A stretch of DNA of 64,000 nt from Candidatus Binatia bacterium (lineage in GTDB: Bacteria; Desulfobacterota; Binatia; Bin18), in NCBI GenBank assembly GCA_963664395.2, contig OY761159.2, positions 1,792,001 through 1,856,000 on the forward strand, given 5' to 3'. The position numbers and the translations under genes are program-made. The notes beneath the pieces were generated by a model. It was not told where the DNA came from and ran no database searches. It saw only the letters and a program-made list of their open reading frames with translations. This document shows, piece after piece, positions 38,237 to 48,279 of this stretch (position 1 is the stretch's first letter; each line of letters starts with the position of its first letter).

Positions 38237-38287
38237 AACCCACCCCGGCCCTTCGACAATCTCAGGACCACCCCTCCGAGGAGGGGA
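38237..38287. repeat. REP-like element
   Basis: AACCCACCCCGG...CACCCCTCCGAGGAGGGGA, with the same arms as 20352-20393 but a different core. Confidence 0.7.
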
Positions 38288-38359
38288 TTTTGCACGGGGT
38301 CATACCGAAGGGACACTTTCACCTGATGGGCATGGACAGCCCACCAACGTGACTATGGG

Positions 38360-39520
38360 CTATTTTGCCGCAGTCCGAACGCCAATCGCGCCGCTTCCTC
38401 GGAGTTGCTCAAGCTCTCCGGTATCAAAGCCCCAATCGCGTAACGCCTCTTCCGTATGCTCGCCCGGATTAGCAGGGGGGCGTTGGATAGCACTCGGGGT
38501 ACGGCTGAAGCGCGGGGCCGGAGCCGGCTGAGGGACGCCCTCAACCTCAACAAAAGTGCCGCGTTCTTTATTGTGTGGATGGTTAGGCGCATCGGCCATA
38601 TTGAGTACCGGCGCGTAGCAGATGTCGCTTCCCTCCAGGAGTTCGTTCCACTCCGTCAGGGTCCTGGTCTTAAAAATCGCGGCCAGTTTCTCGGTCAGCG
38701 CCGGCCACTCGGCCCGCTCATTCTGGTGGGGCAACTCGTCTTTCTCCAGCCCGGTCAAACGCAGCAGTTCCGCGTAGAACTTCGCTTCAATCGAACCGAT
38801 AGAGAGATACTGGCCGTCACTGGTCTCATACACATTGTAGTAATGCGCCCCGGTGTCCAAAATGTTTTCCCCACGCTTGTCCGTCCACTTGCCGGCCGCG
38901 CGCAGACCATAGATTCCGGTCATAAGCGAAGCCGCACCATCAATCATGGCCACGTCGATGACCTGGCCTTTGCCCGACTTCTGGGTTTCCAGCAGGGCGC
39001 CGACCACGCCAAGAGCCAGGAACACGCCGCCGCCGCCAAAGTCGCCAACAAGATTCAAGGGTGGAACCGGCGCTTCGTCTTTACGCCCAATCGAATGGAG
39101 CGCACCAATCAGGGCAATATAGTTAATGTCATGACCAACCACGTTGGCCAGCGGTCCCTCCTGGCCCCAGCCGGTCATGCGCCCGAAGACCAGGCGTGGG
39201 TTGCGGGCCATACACACCTCGGGGCCGAGCCCCAGCCGTTCCATCACCCCAGGCCGGAAGCCTTCGATAAGCGCATCAGCTTGGTCAATCAGCTTGAGCG
39301 CCGCCTCAGTCCCTGCCTGCTTCTTGAGGTCAATCGCAACAGAGCGGCGACCACGTCCGAGCAGGTTAAACTTGGCGTCGGTCGGCACGCCGAGGTCGGC
39401 ATCTTCAGCCCGGTCCAGACGCAGCACCTCCGCGCCCATATCCGAGAGCAGCATCGCACACATTGGAGCCGGACCAATACCCGCAAATTCAACAACTTTA
39501 TATCCAGATAATACGCCCAT
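38360..39520 (-). CDS. CaiB/BaiF CoA-transferase (alpha-methylacyl-CoA racemase-like)
   Basis: AGIGPAP, EGFRPGVMERLGLG, GHDINY, NLVGDFGGG and PAPAPRFSRTP. Confidence 0.93.
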   Translation of the reverse strand: MGVLSGYKVVEFAGIGPAPMCAMLLSDMGAEVLRLDRAEDADLGVPTDAKFNLLGRGRRSVAIDLKKQAGTEAALKLIDQADALIEGFRPGVMERLGLGPEVCMARNPRLVFGRMTGWGQEGPLANVVGHDINYIALIGALHSIGRKDEAPVPPLNLVGDFGGGGVFLALGVVGALLETQKSGKGQVIDVAMIDGAASLMTGIYGLRAAGKWTDKRGENILDTGAHYYNVYETSDGQYLSIGSIEAKFYAELLRLTGLEKDELPHQNERAEWPALTEKLAAIFKTRTLTEWNELLEGSDICYAPVLNMADAPNHPHNKERGTFVEVEGVPQPAPAPRFSRTPSAIQRPPANPGEHTEEALRDWGFDTGELEQLRGSGAIGVRTAAK

Positions 39521-39671
39521 AGTTTCCCCTTCCCAGGTTTGTTCAGTGGCCGTTCAGGCGGCCAGATAAGGCGTTATTATACAGGTATTTTTTGTGATGA
39601 GAACCAGCAGATGGGTGCCTGGATTTGAGAACCACAAGAGCCGGATGAGACATTATGGCTGGCGCACGCGG

Positions 39672-42600
39672 TCAGGGAATGATTACAAAGTTCTGGAGCG
39701 ACTCTTCCCACCGTAGGCGTTTGGTTTCCCCAGGGCGGGGGAAATCCGGAACGGGAAACATGCCATTCAATCCCCGCGGGAACGGCTCCTCCCCAAAGGT
39801 GGTCACGCGCACGGTCGTGTTGGCAAACTCCTGCCCGTCAATCAGGGCACGAACCGTATGCTCCCCCGTTCCCAGGTTGTTCCAGTTCCACAACAGGCTG
39901 AAACCGTTGTTGGCATCGCCACAGACACTCCGGGTATCCTCTCGTGTGGTTCCATAGCCTGCTTGCAGTGGCATCCCGTCCAACTCAATGACAATCTCTT
40001 CCGCCTCGCATGCCCAGCCCGAGATGACACCCAGCCCGCTTTGTGCCGACCCCAACGACGGGTTTTCCAAGATGGCGCTCACGCCCGCCACTTGGTTATA
40101 CCCTCCACCTCCGGCAGGGCTGCCGTCGGTAATCACAAAGTTCTGGAGTGACTCTTCCCACTGGACGACGGTGGTCTCGCCGGAGGTGGGGAAGTTGGGC
40201 AGGTCGAAGAGCCCGCTCAATCCCCGCGGGAACGGATCCTCCCCAAAGGTGGTCACGCGCACGGTCGTGTTGGCAAACTCCACCCCGTCAAGCAGCGCGC
40301 GGACCGTATGCGTCCCCACCCCCAAATTGTTCCAGTTCCACAGTAGGCTGAAACCGTTATCCGTATCCCCACAGACACTCCGGGTATCCTCTCGTACCGT
40401 CCCGTATGCGGCTTGTAGCGGTATCCCGGCCAGTTCAATGACAATCGCTTGAGCGTTGCATGCCCAGCCCGAGATCACCCCTATCCCGCTCTGGAAGGAG
40501 GCAGACGACGGATTTTCCAATACGGCTTGGATTTCTTCCGGTGTGACGAAATCTGACGATGATACGGCCACGTCGTCGATCGTCCAACCATCTGCGGTCT
40601 CACTGGTCTCGAACATCAGATGGAAGGCGAGGCGTATGCGCGATCCAATGTAAGGACTCAAGTCAATTGACGTCTTCTTCCAGGTCGTCTGGGTACCCGT
40701 AAAGGTTCGTAAAACTCCGCTAAAATACCGTCTATACGTCACTAATACGTGGCCCCGGTCACCGTTAGCAAAGTCGTACCGATGCCAGAAGGTCAAAGTT
40801 GCTGAAATGACCTCGGTCAGATCGATAACCGGAGACCAGATAGTAGAGGAGCGCGAACGTTGATCATTCCGATAATTGCCCCCAGGACTATCCGTCAAGG
40901 CATGTGCCTCGCTCCGTGAGGAAGCTATGGTCAGAGCCCATGGAGTGTGCTCAGAAGACCATCCATTTGCTCCGTTCTCTAGGTCATCTTCAAACAAGTT
41001 CCCGTTGACTCCTGTCTGGAGCACGGTAAAGGGCCGGCCGGCGATGGTAAGCGTACCTGTCCGGGCATTGAGGTTGGGATTTGTCGCAACCGTGTAGCTG
41101 ACGTGCCCACTGCCCCGTCCGCTGTTGCCATCGGTAATTCTGATCCATGGGTTATTACTCGTTGCCGCCCAACTACATTCACCCGGAGCCACCACCTCTA
41201 CACGGGCGTTCCCACCATGCCCGACAAACAATTGCTGTGTGGACAGGAGTGATTCAGAACAGGGAGTAAAAGTAGCAGGATTCGTATTGATGGTAACCTG
41301 AAAACCAGTTGAGGAGGTCGCATCGACGGAGACCTGTATCCCGTTTTCAGAGTCGGTAAAAATATCGCCCAGTGTCCACATTGCGCCTTCGTCGTTCGGG
41401 TTGCCGTTGTTGTCAATGTCTACGACTTGGGCCAGCCGGTCTTCCCGCGTGGTATCAACTTTATGGATGACGATCGCTTCATTTGGGATGCCGTCGTCAT
41501 AGCCGGCAAACAGCCGAGTTTCGACGGTGTAGAAGTCGGTGGGGGAATCACCAATTGGAATCTGGGCTATCAGATAGCCGTCAGGGTCAGGCTGGGCCAG
41601 CCTGACGAGCGTAATCGTACGCCTGCTATTGGGCGGGGCGACATACTTCCGAGCCGAAGGAATCCAGCCCAGAAAGTCCTTGTGGTAGGCGATAGTATGT
41701 ACGCCCAGGGAGCCGCCGTATCCAGGATGATAATGATAAGAAAAAAATTCTCCCCCACTCATGACATCCCAGTCAGAGTCATAGGTGGTGGGACTTGATG
41801 GGGGGTCATCTTGACCATAGGGGCCGGAGGAGTGCTGCAAACCAAACGCATGGCCCATCTCGTGTGCCCAGGCTTTCTGGTTGTCATGTGCCCATTCCGG
41901 CAGCCAGGTGGTACCCCAGCCGCGCCTTTGCCCATCCAGCGTGAGAAACGAGCTTCCTCCTAGGGCGCTACTAGGGTGGTTGGGAGTACCAAAATTCTGA
42001 TTAAAAGCAATATTAATCCCATCAAAATCAGGGAAGAAGACATCCGCATCGGCCGCGGCCGTGCAATCCTCCTCTATTTTCCGGGTATCAAAGTTCCTTG
42101 TTCCCTGCTCATAATACGATTGAGGCTGGGGCAGGTTATACCAGCCCACTACTACGCTACCAGGCAAATTTATATTTCCGTCAGAAATTTCTCTCCAATA
42201 GTGATCCAGGCCGGGATAGGACGAGCCCATCAGTTGCTCATAATGACTGACCGGGTACGGAGTGACGTCAGTCGCATCTGCAAACCGACACAAGATGGTC
42301 ACCCACGCCTGGGAGCCGCGCACATGGGAATCGGTCTCGGCGGCCGGGAGCGCCGACCTGGGCGGGGGTGGCTCATCTGGAAACAAGTCGGGAGCGAAGA
42401 TCCCCTCCGGTGAGGTGGGCGACGGTGACGGAGCCAAATCGATGGAGTAGACCCAGAACTTTTCTGTTTCGTCAGGCCCGACCTCCTCCCACTCTCCTCC
42501 TACCGTCACCCGTTTGCGGTTCAATGCCATCGGACCGCCGAGCGGCTGTATGAGTTCGATATCAATCAGGAGTTCGTATCGTGCGCCCGAGTCCTCAGTC

Positions 42601-42800
42601 AACGTGTAGGTGATTTCAGAGGCAAGGCCGGACTCGGGCGGGTAATCGGCAACGATAAAGGTGAACCAGCCGGTGAGGGTCTCGTCTTGGGCTGTGGCGG
42701 GCGGAGCACTGACCGCCCACACTCCTAGCAGGAACAGGATAAGACTGAGTTTTATACTCGCAGATAGGCTGCCCGTGCACATAGGCGGCACCCATATCAC
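39672..42800 (-). CDS. Secreted multidomain M6-like metalloprotease (BACON-like, MAM/InhA-like, two C-terminal repeats)
   Basis: Signal peptide; 'AHEMGHAFGLQH' HExxHxxGxxH and 'WDVMS' Met-turn; BACON-like 'CSWAATSNNPWI...RTGTLTIAG'; beta-sandwich 'FEDDLENG...DGWTIDDV'; duplicated C-terminal domain. Start uncertain. Confidence 0.8.
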   Translation of the reverse strand: MIWVPPMCTGSLSASIKLSLILFLLGVWAVSAPPATAQDETLTGWFTFIVADYPPESGLASEITYTLTEDSGARYELLIDIELIQPLGGPMALNRKRVTVGGEWEEVGPDETEKFWVYSIDLAPSPSPTSPEGIFAPDLFPDEPPPPRSALPAAETDSHVRGSQAWVTILCRFADATDVTPYPVSHYEQLMGSSYPGLDHYWREISDGNINLPGSVVVGWYNLPQPQSYYEQGTRNFDTRKIEEDCTAAADADVFFPDFDGINIAFNQNFGTPNHPSSALGGSSFLTLDGQRRGWGTTWLPEWAHDNQKAWAHEMGHAFGLQHSSGPYGQDDPPSSPTTYDSDWDVMSGGEFFSYHYHPGYGGSLGVHTIAYHKDFLGWIPSARKYVAPPNSRRTITLVRLAQPDPDGYLIAQIPIGDSPTDFYTVETRLFAGYDDGIPNEAIVIHKVDTTREDRLAQVVDIDNNGNPNDEGAMWTLGDIFTDSENGIQVSVDATSSTGFQVTINTNPATFTPCSESLLSTQQLFVGHGGNARVEVVAPGECSWAATSNNPWIRITDGNSGRGSGHVSYTVATNPNLNARTGTLTIAGRPFTVLQTGVNGNLFEDDLENGANGWSSEHTPWALTIASSRSEAHALTDSPGGNYRNDQRSRSSTIWSPVIDLTEVISATLTFWHRYDFANGDRGHVLVTYRRYFSGVLRTFTGTQTTWKKTSIDLSPYIGSRIRLAFHLMFETSETADGWTIDDVAVSSSDFVTPEEIQAVLENPSSASFQSGIGVISGWACNAQAIVIELAGIPLQAAYGTVREDTRSVCGDTDNGFSLLWNWNNLGVGTHTVRALLDGVEFANTTVRVTTFGEDPFPRGLSGLFDLPNFPTSGETTVVQWEESLQNFVITDGSPAGGGGYNQVAGVSAILENPSLGSAQSGLGVISGWACEAEEIVIELDGMPLQAGYGTTREDTRSVCGDANNGFSLLWNWNNLGTGEHTVRALIDGQEFANTTVRVTTFGEEPFPRGLNGMFPVPDFPRPGETKRLRWEESLQNFVIIP
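39681..40526 (-). repeat. Tandem duplication encoding the two C-terminal domains
   Basis: 39681-40076 and 40131-40526 are highly similar direct repeats (offset 450 bp = 150 aa). Confidence 0.9.
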
Positions 42801-42899
42801 AACTGGCCTTCCCTGAGCAAAAGGGACCAGAGGTGATTACCGTTCTTGACAAATTGACGTTTGCATCCTCAAATTGTCAGCATTCTGAAGGAGGGAATT

Positions 42900-43268
42900 A
42901 TGACACAGGAAGAACGCAGTCTTGCGGTCGCTCAGGCATACGAGGATATGTACAACAACGATATCGAACGCTTTGTCTTTGAAGTCTACACGCCTGACTG
43001 CGAAGTGAATGGGGGCTTTATTCGCGGACACGAACAGTTCATCGACATTGAACAGCAGGTCCTCCAGGCCGCCCCACAGCGAAAGATGCGGGTGGACCGC
43101 AAGCACGCAAGCGGCAACGTGGTCGTGGTTGAGGCCGTGCTGCTCGACCCGGACCAAGGCGCGGACTGGAACCTGCCCTTCTGTGCCGTGCTCACCTGCC
43201 GGGACGGGAAAATCGCTACGGATTGGACCTATGCGGAATTCTCGAAGTGGCCGGGGCTCCAAATCTAG
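42900..43268 (+). CDS. SnoaL/NTF2-like protein
   Basis: 'GNVVVVEA', 'LPFCAVLTCRDGKIATDWTY'; RBS ggaggg. Confidence 0.8.
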   Translation: MTQEERSLAVAQAYEDMYNNDIERFVFEVYTPDCEVNGGFIRGHEQFIDIEQQVLQAAPQRKMRVDRKHASGNVVVVEAVLLDPDQGADWNLPFCAVLTCRDGKIATDWTYAEFSKWPGLQI

Positions 43269-43288
43269 CCGCGGTGAAGGAAGTGTGA

Positions 43289-44305
43289 ATGGATTCCAGT
43301 GACCGCTATGTCGTCGTCGGCCAGAACGGCTCGCCCTATTCCATGAAACTCCGCGCCGTCATGCGCTATCGTCGCCTGCCTTTTGACTGGGTTCTTCGGA
43401 CCGAACGTAATATGGTCGAGTTCGCTGCGGTGAAGCCCCTCCTCATGCCCATGATTCGCTTTCCCGGCGAAGAAGAGTGGAGGAGTGATTCAACGCCGAT
43501 TATCGATGCTTTGGAGCAGCGCCACCCTGGCCAGCGGTCTGTCATTCCTGACTCGCCCGGCCGTGCCTTCCTCGCTTACCTCATTGAAGACTTTGCCGAC
43601 GAATGGCTGACCAAGGCCATGTTTCATTACCGCTGGGCCTATGACGCGGACATTCAGTACGCCTCGTTCTGGATCGCCGATGACTTTTTCCCCGATCAAA
43701 AAGGAGACGCGCGCGCCGCTGCGGCCCAGCGTTTTGCCGAGCGCCAGATCGAACGCATGCCGCTCGTGGGCTGTACTCCGCAAAACGCGCCGATTATCGA
43801 GGCAACCTATACCCGCACGCTGGACCTGCTCGAAAGCCATGTCGGCCTGCACGACCACCTCTTTGGCAGTCGCCCGTCCATTGCCGACTTTGGTCTGCTG
43901 GGCCAGCTCAAAACACTGGCCACCGATCCGACGCCCCTGGCGATCATGCGCGAGCGTGCCCAACGTACCGAAAGCTGGACGCGCCAACTCGACGATGCCT
44001 CCGGTCTGGAAGGCGAGTGGTATCCCGCTCACGTCGCACTGCCCGAGGCGACGGTCGGGCTGCTGCGCCTGGCGGCAGAAACGTATCTGCCGTTTCTGGT
44101 TGCCAATGCGGCGGCGGCAGAGTACGGCGACGAGAAATTTGAAGTCAAACTGCTCGGCCAGACGTATATCCAAGCCCCGTTCGGCTATCAGCGAAAATGT
44201 CTCGCCGCGCTTCGGAAGCGATTTGCCGCGCTGAACGCTACCGGTCTGGACGAGATTGGTCCGCTATTGGAAGAGACGGGCTGCCTACCATACCTCAGTC
44301 ATTGA
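43289..44305 (+). CDS. Glutathione S-transferase-like protein
   Basis: 'GSPYSMKLRAVMRYRRLP', 'DSTPII', 'EDFADEW' and 'FGSRPSIADFG'. Confidence 0.85.
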   Translation: MDSSDRYVVVGQNGSPYSMKLRAVMRYRRLPFDWVLRTERNMVEFAAVKPLLMPMIRFPGEEEWRSDSTPIIDALEQRHPGQRSVIPDSPGRAFLAYLIEDFADEWLTKAMFHYRWAYDADIQYASFWIADDFFPDQKGDARAAAAQRFAERQIERMPLVGCTPQNAPIIEATYTRTLDLLESHVGLHDHLFGSRPSIADFGLLGQLKTLATDPTPLAIMRERAQRTESWTRQLDDASGLEGEWYPAHVALPEATVGLLRLAAETYLPFLVANAAAAEYGDEKFEVKLLGQTYIQAPFGYQRKCLAALRKRFAALNATGLDEIGPLLEETGCLPYLSH

Positions 44306-44337
44306 GGGAGCCCGCAGGGCGACCCGCCCAGATCTGT

Positions 44338-44898
44338 TTACTCTTTATCACACTGACAGATGACATAGTAACACTTCTCGCACAGCTTCATCGGACGCAG
44401 CCCCGGATGGGAGATGCTCTGCCTGCTGTCCACAAACTGGGTCGCCGCCTCCAGGTCTATGTCCATCAGCGGTCGCTTGGCGCACTGGACGCAGCCCTTG
44501 GTGCGGGTGTTGTTTTCGATACACCAGCGCAGCAGAACCGTGGAGCGACAGCCAATGGTCCGGGACGACTCCATCCCGAAAAAATGAAACCCGGTGCCCT
44601 GACGATTGGTGACATAATCCAGCCGCGTTCCCTGGAGGTGCTGGGCGCTGGGCGGGTCGAGGAAGGCTTTAACCCCGTCCTGCACGACCACCGCATCGTC
44701 CACCTGCGCGGTCCGCTCCAGGTTTAGGCTGTACTGGAAGCCTTTGCAGCCGCTGCCTGCGACCGTCATCCGAATACCGCCGTCCCGTAGGCCCTTCAGC
44801 CGCATGGTGTGCTTAATCATCTCGACCGCTTTAGCGGTAAAGGCGAGCAATGGCTCGGCTGTCCGGTCCGAGCTTTCGGTCTGTAGACCCTGCTCCAT
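44338..44898 (-). CDS. HesB/IscA-type Fe-S assembly accessory protein with Cys-rich C-terminal extension
   Basis: 'IRMTVAGSGCKGFQYSL', 'LQGTRLDY', 'GFHF'; the C-terminal CGC motif is degenerate (IGCR); extra CxxC...CxxC..CxC tail. Confidence 0.7.
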   Translation of the reverse strand: MEQGLQTESSDRTAEPLLAFTAKAVEMIKHTMRLKGLRDGGIRMTVAGSGCKGFQYSLNLERTAQVDDAVVVQDGVKAFLDPPSAQHLQGTRLDYVTNRQGTGFHFFGMESSRTIGCRSTVLLRWCIENNTRTKGCVQCAKRPLMDIDLEAATQFVDSRQSISHPGLRPMKLCEKCYYVICQCDKE

Positions 44899-45009
44899 AT
44901 TCCCCCCTTTGCGTGCAGCCTCTCTGCAAGCCCTTAGCGTGCTAACGCGCCGGCTGTCAATCTTCAGGACGGTCTGCTCTGCCCGAGCGCTGCTTCTCCC
45001 TTTCTTCTC

Positions 45010-45307
45010 GGCGCACGAAGCGATTGCCTGTCATCTTGAAGGGCTGCTGATGAACGGAGAAACGATTCCCGAGCAAGCGCCGCTCGAAGCCCACCGCGCC
45101 CACAAGGAACACAGAGGCGGAACCTGGGCCCTGGTGTCGATTGATATCTCGAAGCTGTCGAGCCAAACCAAACGAGTGAACATCACCATACCGGCACGGG
45201 TGCTGGCGATCGTGGACGAAGCTGCCGCCCGTGAAGGAGAAACGCGCTCGGGCTTTCTCGCTCGCGCGGCGCTCAGCTACGTGGAACGGCATGCGTTCAA
45301 ACCCTGA
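45010..45307 (+). pseudogene. HicB antitoxin remnant lacking its N-terminus (no hicA)
   Basis: 'AHEAIACHLEGL...GETIP' and RHH tail 'KRVNITIPARVL..VDEAA...GETRSGFLARAA'. Confidence 0.75.
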
Positions 45308-45369
45308 CTTTCCTCCGACCTCTTGAAATCGGCGCCCCCCGCCACTCCGTCTCTCGCCGTCTCAAATCG

Positions 45370-47592
45370 TCAGGGCCGAGGCTCATGGGACGAGAAACGA
45401 CGCAGCACATTCCCCGTAATACGCGAGACTGTGTTGTCATAGTTGTTGTGAGACAGCGCTCCGCACCAGGCAATCGAGCCTGTTGAGAAAACGGCGCCGC
45501 CGTTTGGATATTCAAAGTAGACCATATCGGACCGCACCTTGCGATTGACACTGCCGCCTTGCTGAGAATCGCTCATCAGAACTTCCTCAATCACATGCTG
45601 ATACGAGTCGGAGTGCCCAAACGAAGTAGCCAGAACAAGCGCGTGGTCCGGGGTTCCCAGGGTAGTATCCGCACGGTCGAGCTCAAAGCCTGCCGCTCCG
45701 TGGTGTAAGACCAGGGAATCGAAGTCGCCGATCATCTCTTGTTCGCCAACGCCTTCAAAAATGAATGCCGCACGGGGGTCAGTGCTGTCCGTCTGACGAC
45801 GATAGGGCGCGCTCGTGTCAAAACCTTGCGAGATAAACCCAACGCCGACTAAGCGTTGGGGCGCTTTGCCTCGGGTGCGCCACATCCCCCCAGGTTCCCC
45901 AGTCGTACTGAGATGATGTTCTCCAGGCTTGGCATCCCAGCTGCGGGTTCCACCCCAGCGCCGGACTTCCACTACATGCGGCCGTTCTGGGTCAAACGCC
46001 GTCACCCAATAAAAGCCATTGCCACCCAGATACATCAGCCGCCCACCCCGTTGCAGATAGGCTTCCAACGCGGTCAGCATAGGGCCGGACCAATACTCCG
46101 GGTGACTGCCGGTGATGATGACTTTATAGGGCGAAAGAAGATCAACACCTTCAAAATGCAGGTTCTCATCTGTGATCACATCACAAGGCTGATCCTGCTG
46201 TTCCAACCAATCGATGAGGTGTAAATCAGCCGGGAATTGATGCGGACAGTTGAGGGCACGCATGTGATAGCGCGGTCGCATATTGAGAATCGGTCGCAGC
46301 CGCGTCGAGTAACACACCCCACTGCCATCAGTATGATGGTCGTACAGACTCAGTAAGCCATTCTCTATCGCATATTGATCGTCGGGCGAGGGAGCGCCCT
46401 GCTTTTGATTGGGAAATAGCTCCGGCGGCAGGTCGGTGAGTTGTTCGTTGGCATAGGCCAGATAGCTATTAGTCGGAGCGAGGAAGGCGATGCTGGCAGA
46501 CGCCGCGCCTTTAGGAGGCCGGACAAAGAAGGGGATATGATCTTCGCTGTCCCCAGCTCTGAGGCGCGCCGCATAGACGCCGCTCTTCAATTGCGCGGGC
46601 AGCGTCCATTCAAAGTCTACCTGCCAGCGTGCGTCATCCAGATCATCAGCATGAAAATGAATCGCGCCATACTCAGGCAAGGCATTCCGGAAATCCGTCT
46701 CCTGCCCGCTCCAGTTATAGCCGGTCATTGCCCGAGCCGGCATGTTGATGGTTTGCCCGTGCAAGCCGTGCGGCGAGGTGTCAGACACTTTTTGTGAAGA
46801 AATATCTTTGGAGAACTCCCAGGCGGCGGCAAGCGCATCGCCAAAGGCCAGCGGATCGGCGCCTCTCTGCAACGACACAAGCTCTGCCTGACTGAGCGCC
46901 CGGTTGAACACGCGTGGCCGGTCGATCTTGCCGTTGAAATGGCTGCTGATACGCGGGGCGCCGTCCTCTTCAGCCTGCCCCATGCCGGCCATCACAAAAA
47001 CCGTGTCGTTTGCCTGAACCGTTTTGATCTGGGTTGATGCTTCTACAGTGGTCTCATCACCCGGCCACGCCCGTACCGGCTCTTGATACAGACACACCCT
47101 GGAACCATACGCATCATACGTTGCCGCCACAAAATACCACTCTGCAGGACGGAGCGGTGAGGTCAGTCTGACTTTTTCAGTCCGGCCGTCTTGATCGCTC
47201 AGCCAGAGGGCCAGCACTCCGCTTGCGTCAATGCAGAGTCCATACCCCCCTCCTTCGGCCCCCCACTTGGACAGGAGACCCTGTACGCCTTTTTGGGGGG
47301 TAGTGGGATAGATCCAGGCTTGCAAGGTAAAGCCATACGGCATCCGCAGGACGGGAGTATCCGGCACGACCACGTGAGACCCGGTATGGATCTCCTGCTG
47401 ACGGCCCGGATATTCCTGACTCACTGGCGTAGAGATAAATGCTTCCTTAAAGCCCGGGCCCTTGGGGTTGGGGTCGCCGTGGATCAAGCGTACAATGTCC
47501 GCCTGGTAGGTGGGCTGTTGACAGCTCACATAAAAGCGCAGGGTTTCCCCTGGCGCGACGCTGAGTCGATCAGCATAGCCAACAACTTCCAT
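45370..47592 (-). CDS. N,N-dimethylformamidase beta-subunit family protein (with LamG-like domain)
   Basis: 'GYADRLSVAPG', 'DIVRLIHGD', 'AIHFH.DD', 'SYLAYAN', 'SLYDHH.DGSG', 'HPEY' and 'YLGGNGFYW'. Confidence 0.88.
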   Translation of the reverse strand: MEVVGYADRLSVAPGETLRFYVSCQQPTYQADIVRLIHGDPNPKGPGFKEAFISTPVSQEYPGRQQEIHTGSHVVVPDTPVLRMPYGFTLQAWIYPTTPQKGVQGLLSKWGAEGGGYGLCIDASGVLALWLSDQDGRTEKVRLTSPLRPAEWYFVAATYDAYGSRVCLYQEPVRAWPGDETTVEASTQIKTVQANDTVFVMAGMGQAEEDGAPRISSHFNGKIDRPRVFNRALSQAELVSLQRGADPLAFGDALAAAWEFSKDISSQKVSDTSPHGLHGQTINMPARAMTGYNWSGQETDFRNALPEYGAIHFHADDLDDARWQVDFEWTLPAQLKSGVYAARLRAGDSEDHIPFFVRPPKGAASASIAFLAPTNSYLAYANEQLTDLPPELFPNQKQGAPSPDDQYAIENGLLSLYDHHTDGSGVCYSTRLRPILNMRPRYHMRALNCPHQFPADLHLIDWLEQQDQPCDVITDENLHFEGVDLLSPYKVIITGSHPEYWSGPMLTALEAYLQRGGRLMYLGGNGFYWVTAFDPERPHVVEVRRWGGTRSWDAKPGEHHLSTTGEPGGMWRTRGKAPQRLVGVGFISQGFDTSAPYRRQTDSTDPRAAFIFEGVGEQEMIGDFDSLVLHHGAAGFELDRADTTLGTPDHALVLATSFGHSDSYQHVIEEVLMSDSQQGGSVNRKVRSDMVYFEYPNGGAVFSTGSIAWCGALSHNNYDNTVSRITGNVLRRFSSHEPRP

Positions 47593-47628
47593 ATCTCCCC
47601 TCCTTCCTATCTATACGGAACGGACAGG

Positions 47629-48249
47629 CTAATGCCCGAGTCCTGGAATTTCTTCCAAATGCGGCAAGGGGCGGCCAATCACATCGGAGAACAAGGTCAG
47701 GACACGTAAGGTGATACCCCAGATCATCTGGTTCTGAAAACGGATCGCCGGATAGTACAGCGTCTTGCCGTCCGCGGACAATTTCAGGTGGGTGGCGTTC
47801 CCGACCTCCCAGGGATGCGCCAGCGGCATCCAGTAGGCTTCAGCGACCTCGTGATTCAGCGTCAAGGCCGGGATGGCCAGCCCCAGGTAATAAACCGAAG
47901 GGAACAGGGCTAAGGGCTGGTCCCGTCCGCTCAGCCAGATGGCGAGTGGGGCGAGCGAACCCAGACGGTGGGCCGGGTCTAGGCGCAGACCCACTTCTTC
48001 GTGCGTTTCGCGCTCGGCCGTGACGCGAAGGTCGGCATCTCCGGGAGAAAAGCGTCCACCCGGAAGGGCCATATGGCCCGACCATGGGTCACCCGATTTT
48101 TTAGCCCGCCGGATCATACACAGTTTTAGGTTGTCTTCCTGTCCCACGAGTATCATGGCTACAGCAGCACAGCCGCGATGGCCGTCGAAACGACTCGGCG
48201 TGGGCTGATGGGCGGTCAGGGCGTTCCGGATTGCTTCAACGCTCAACAC
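47629..48249 (-). CDS. Nudix CoA pyrophosphatase (NudL-like)
   Basis: 'DPWSGHMALPGG' plus Nudix box 'AERETHEEVG'; 'IWGIT'. Confidence 0.9.
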   Translation of the reverse strand: MLSVEAIRNALTAHQPTPSRFDGHRGCAAVAMILVGQEDNLKLCMIRRAKKSGDPWSGHMALPGGRFSPGDADLRVTAERETHEEVGLRLDPAHRLGSLAPLAIWLSGRDQPLALFPSVYYLGLAIPALTLNHEVAEAYWMPLAHPWEVGNATHLKLSADGKTLYYPAIRFQNQMIWGITLRVLTLFSDVIGRPLPHLEEIPGLGH

Positions 48250-48279
48250 AACGGACCTCCAGGGCTGTGCATCATCAGC

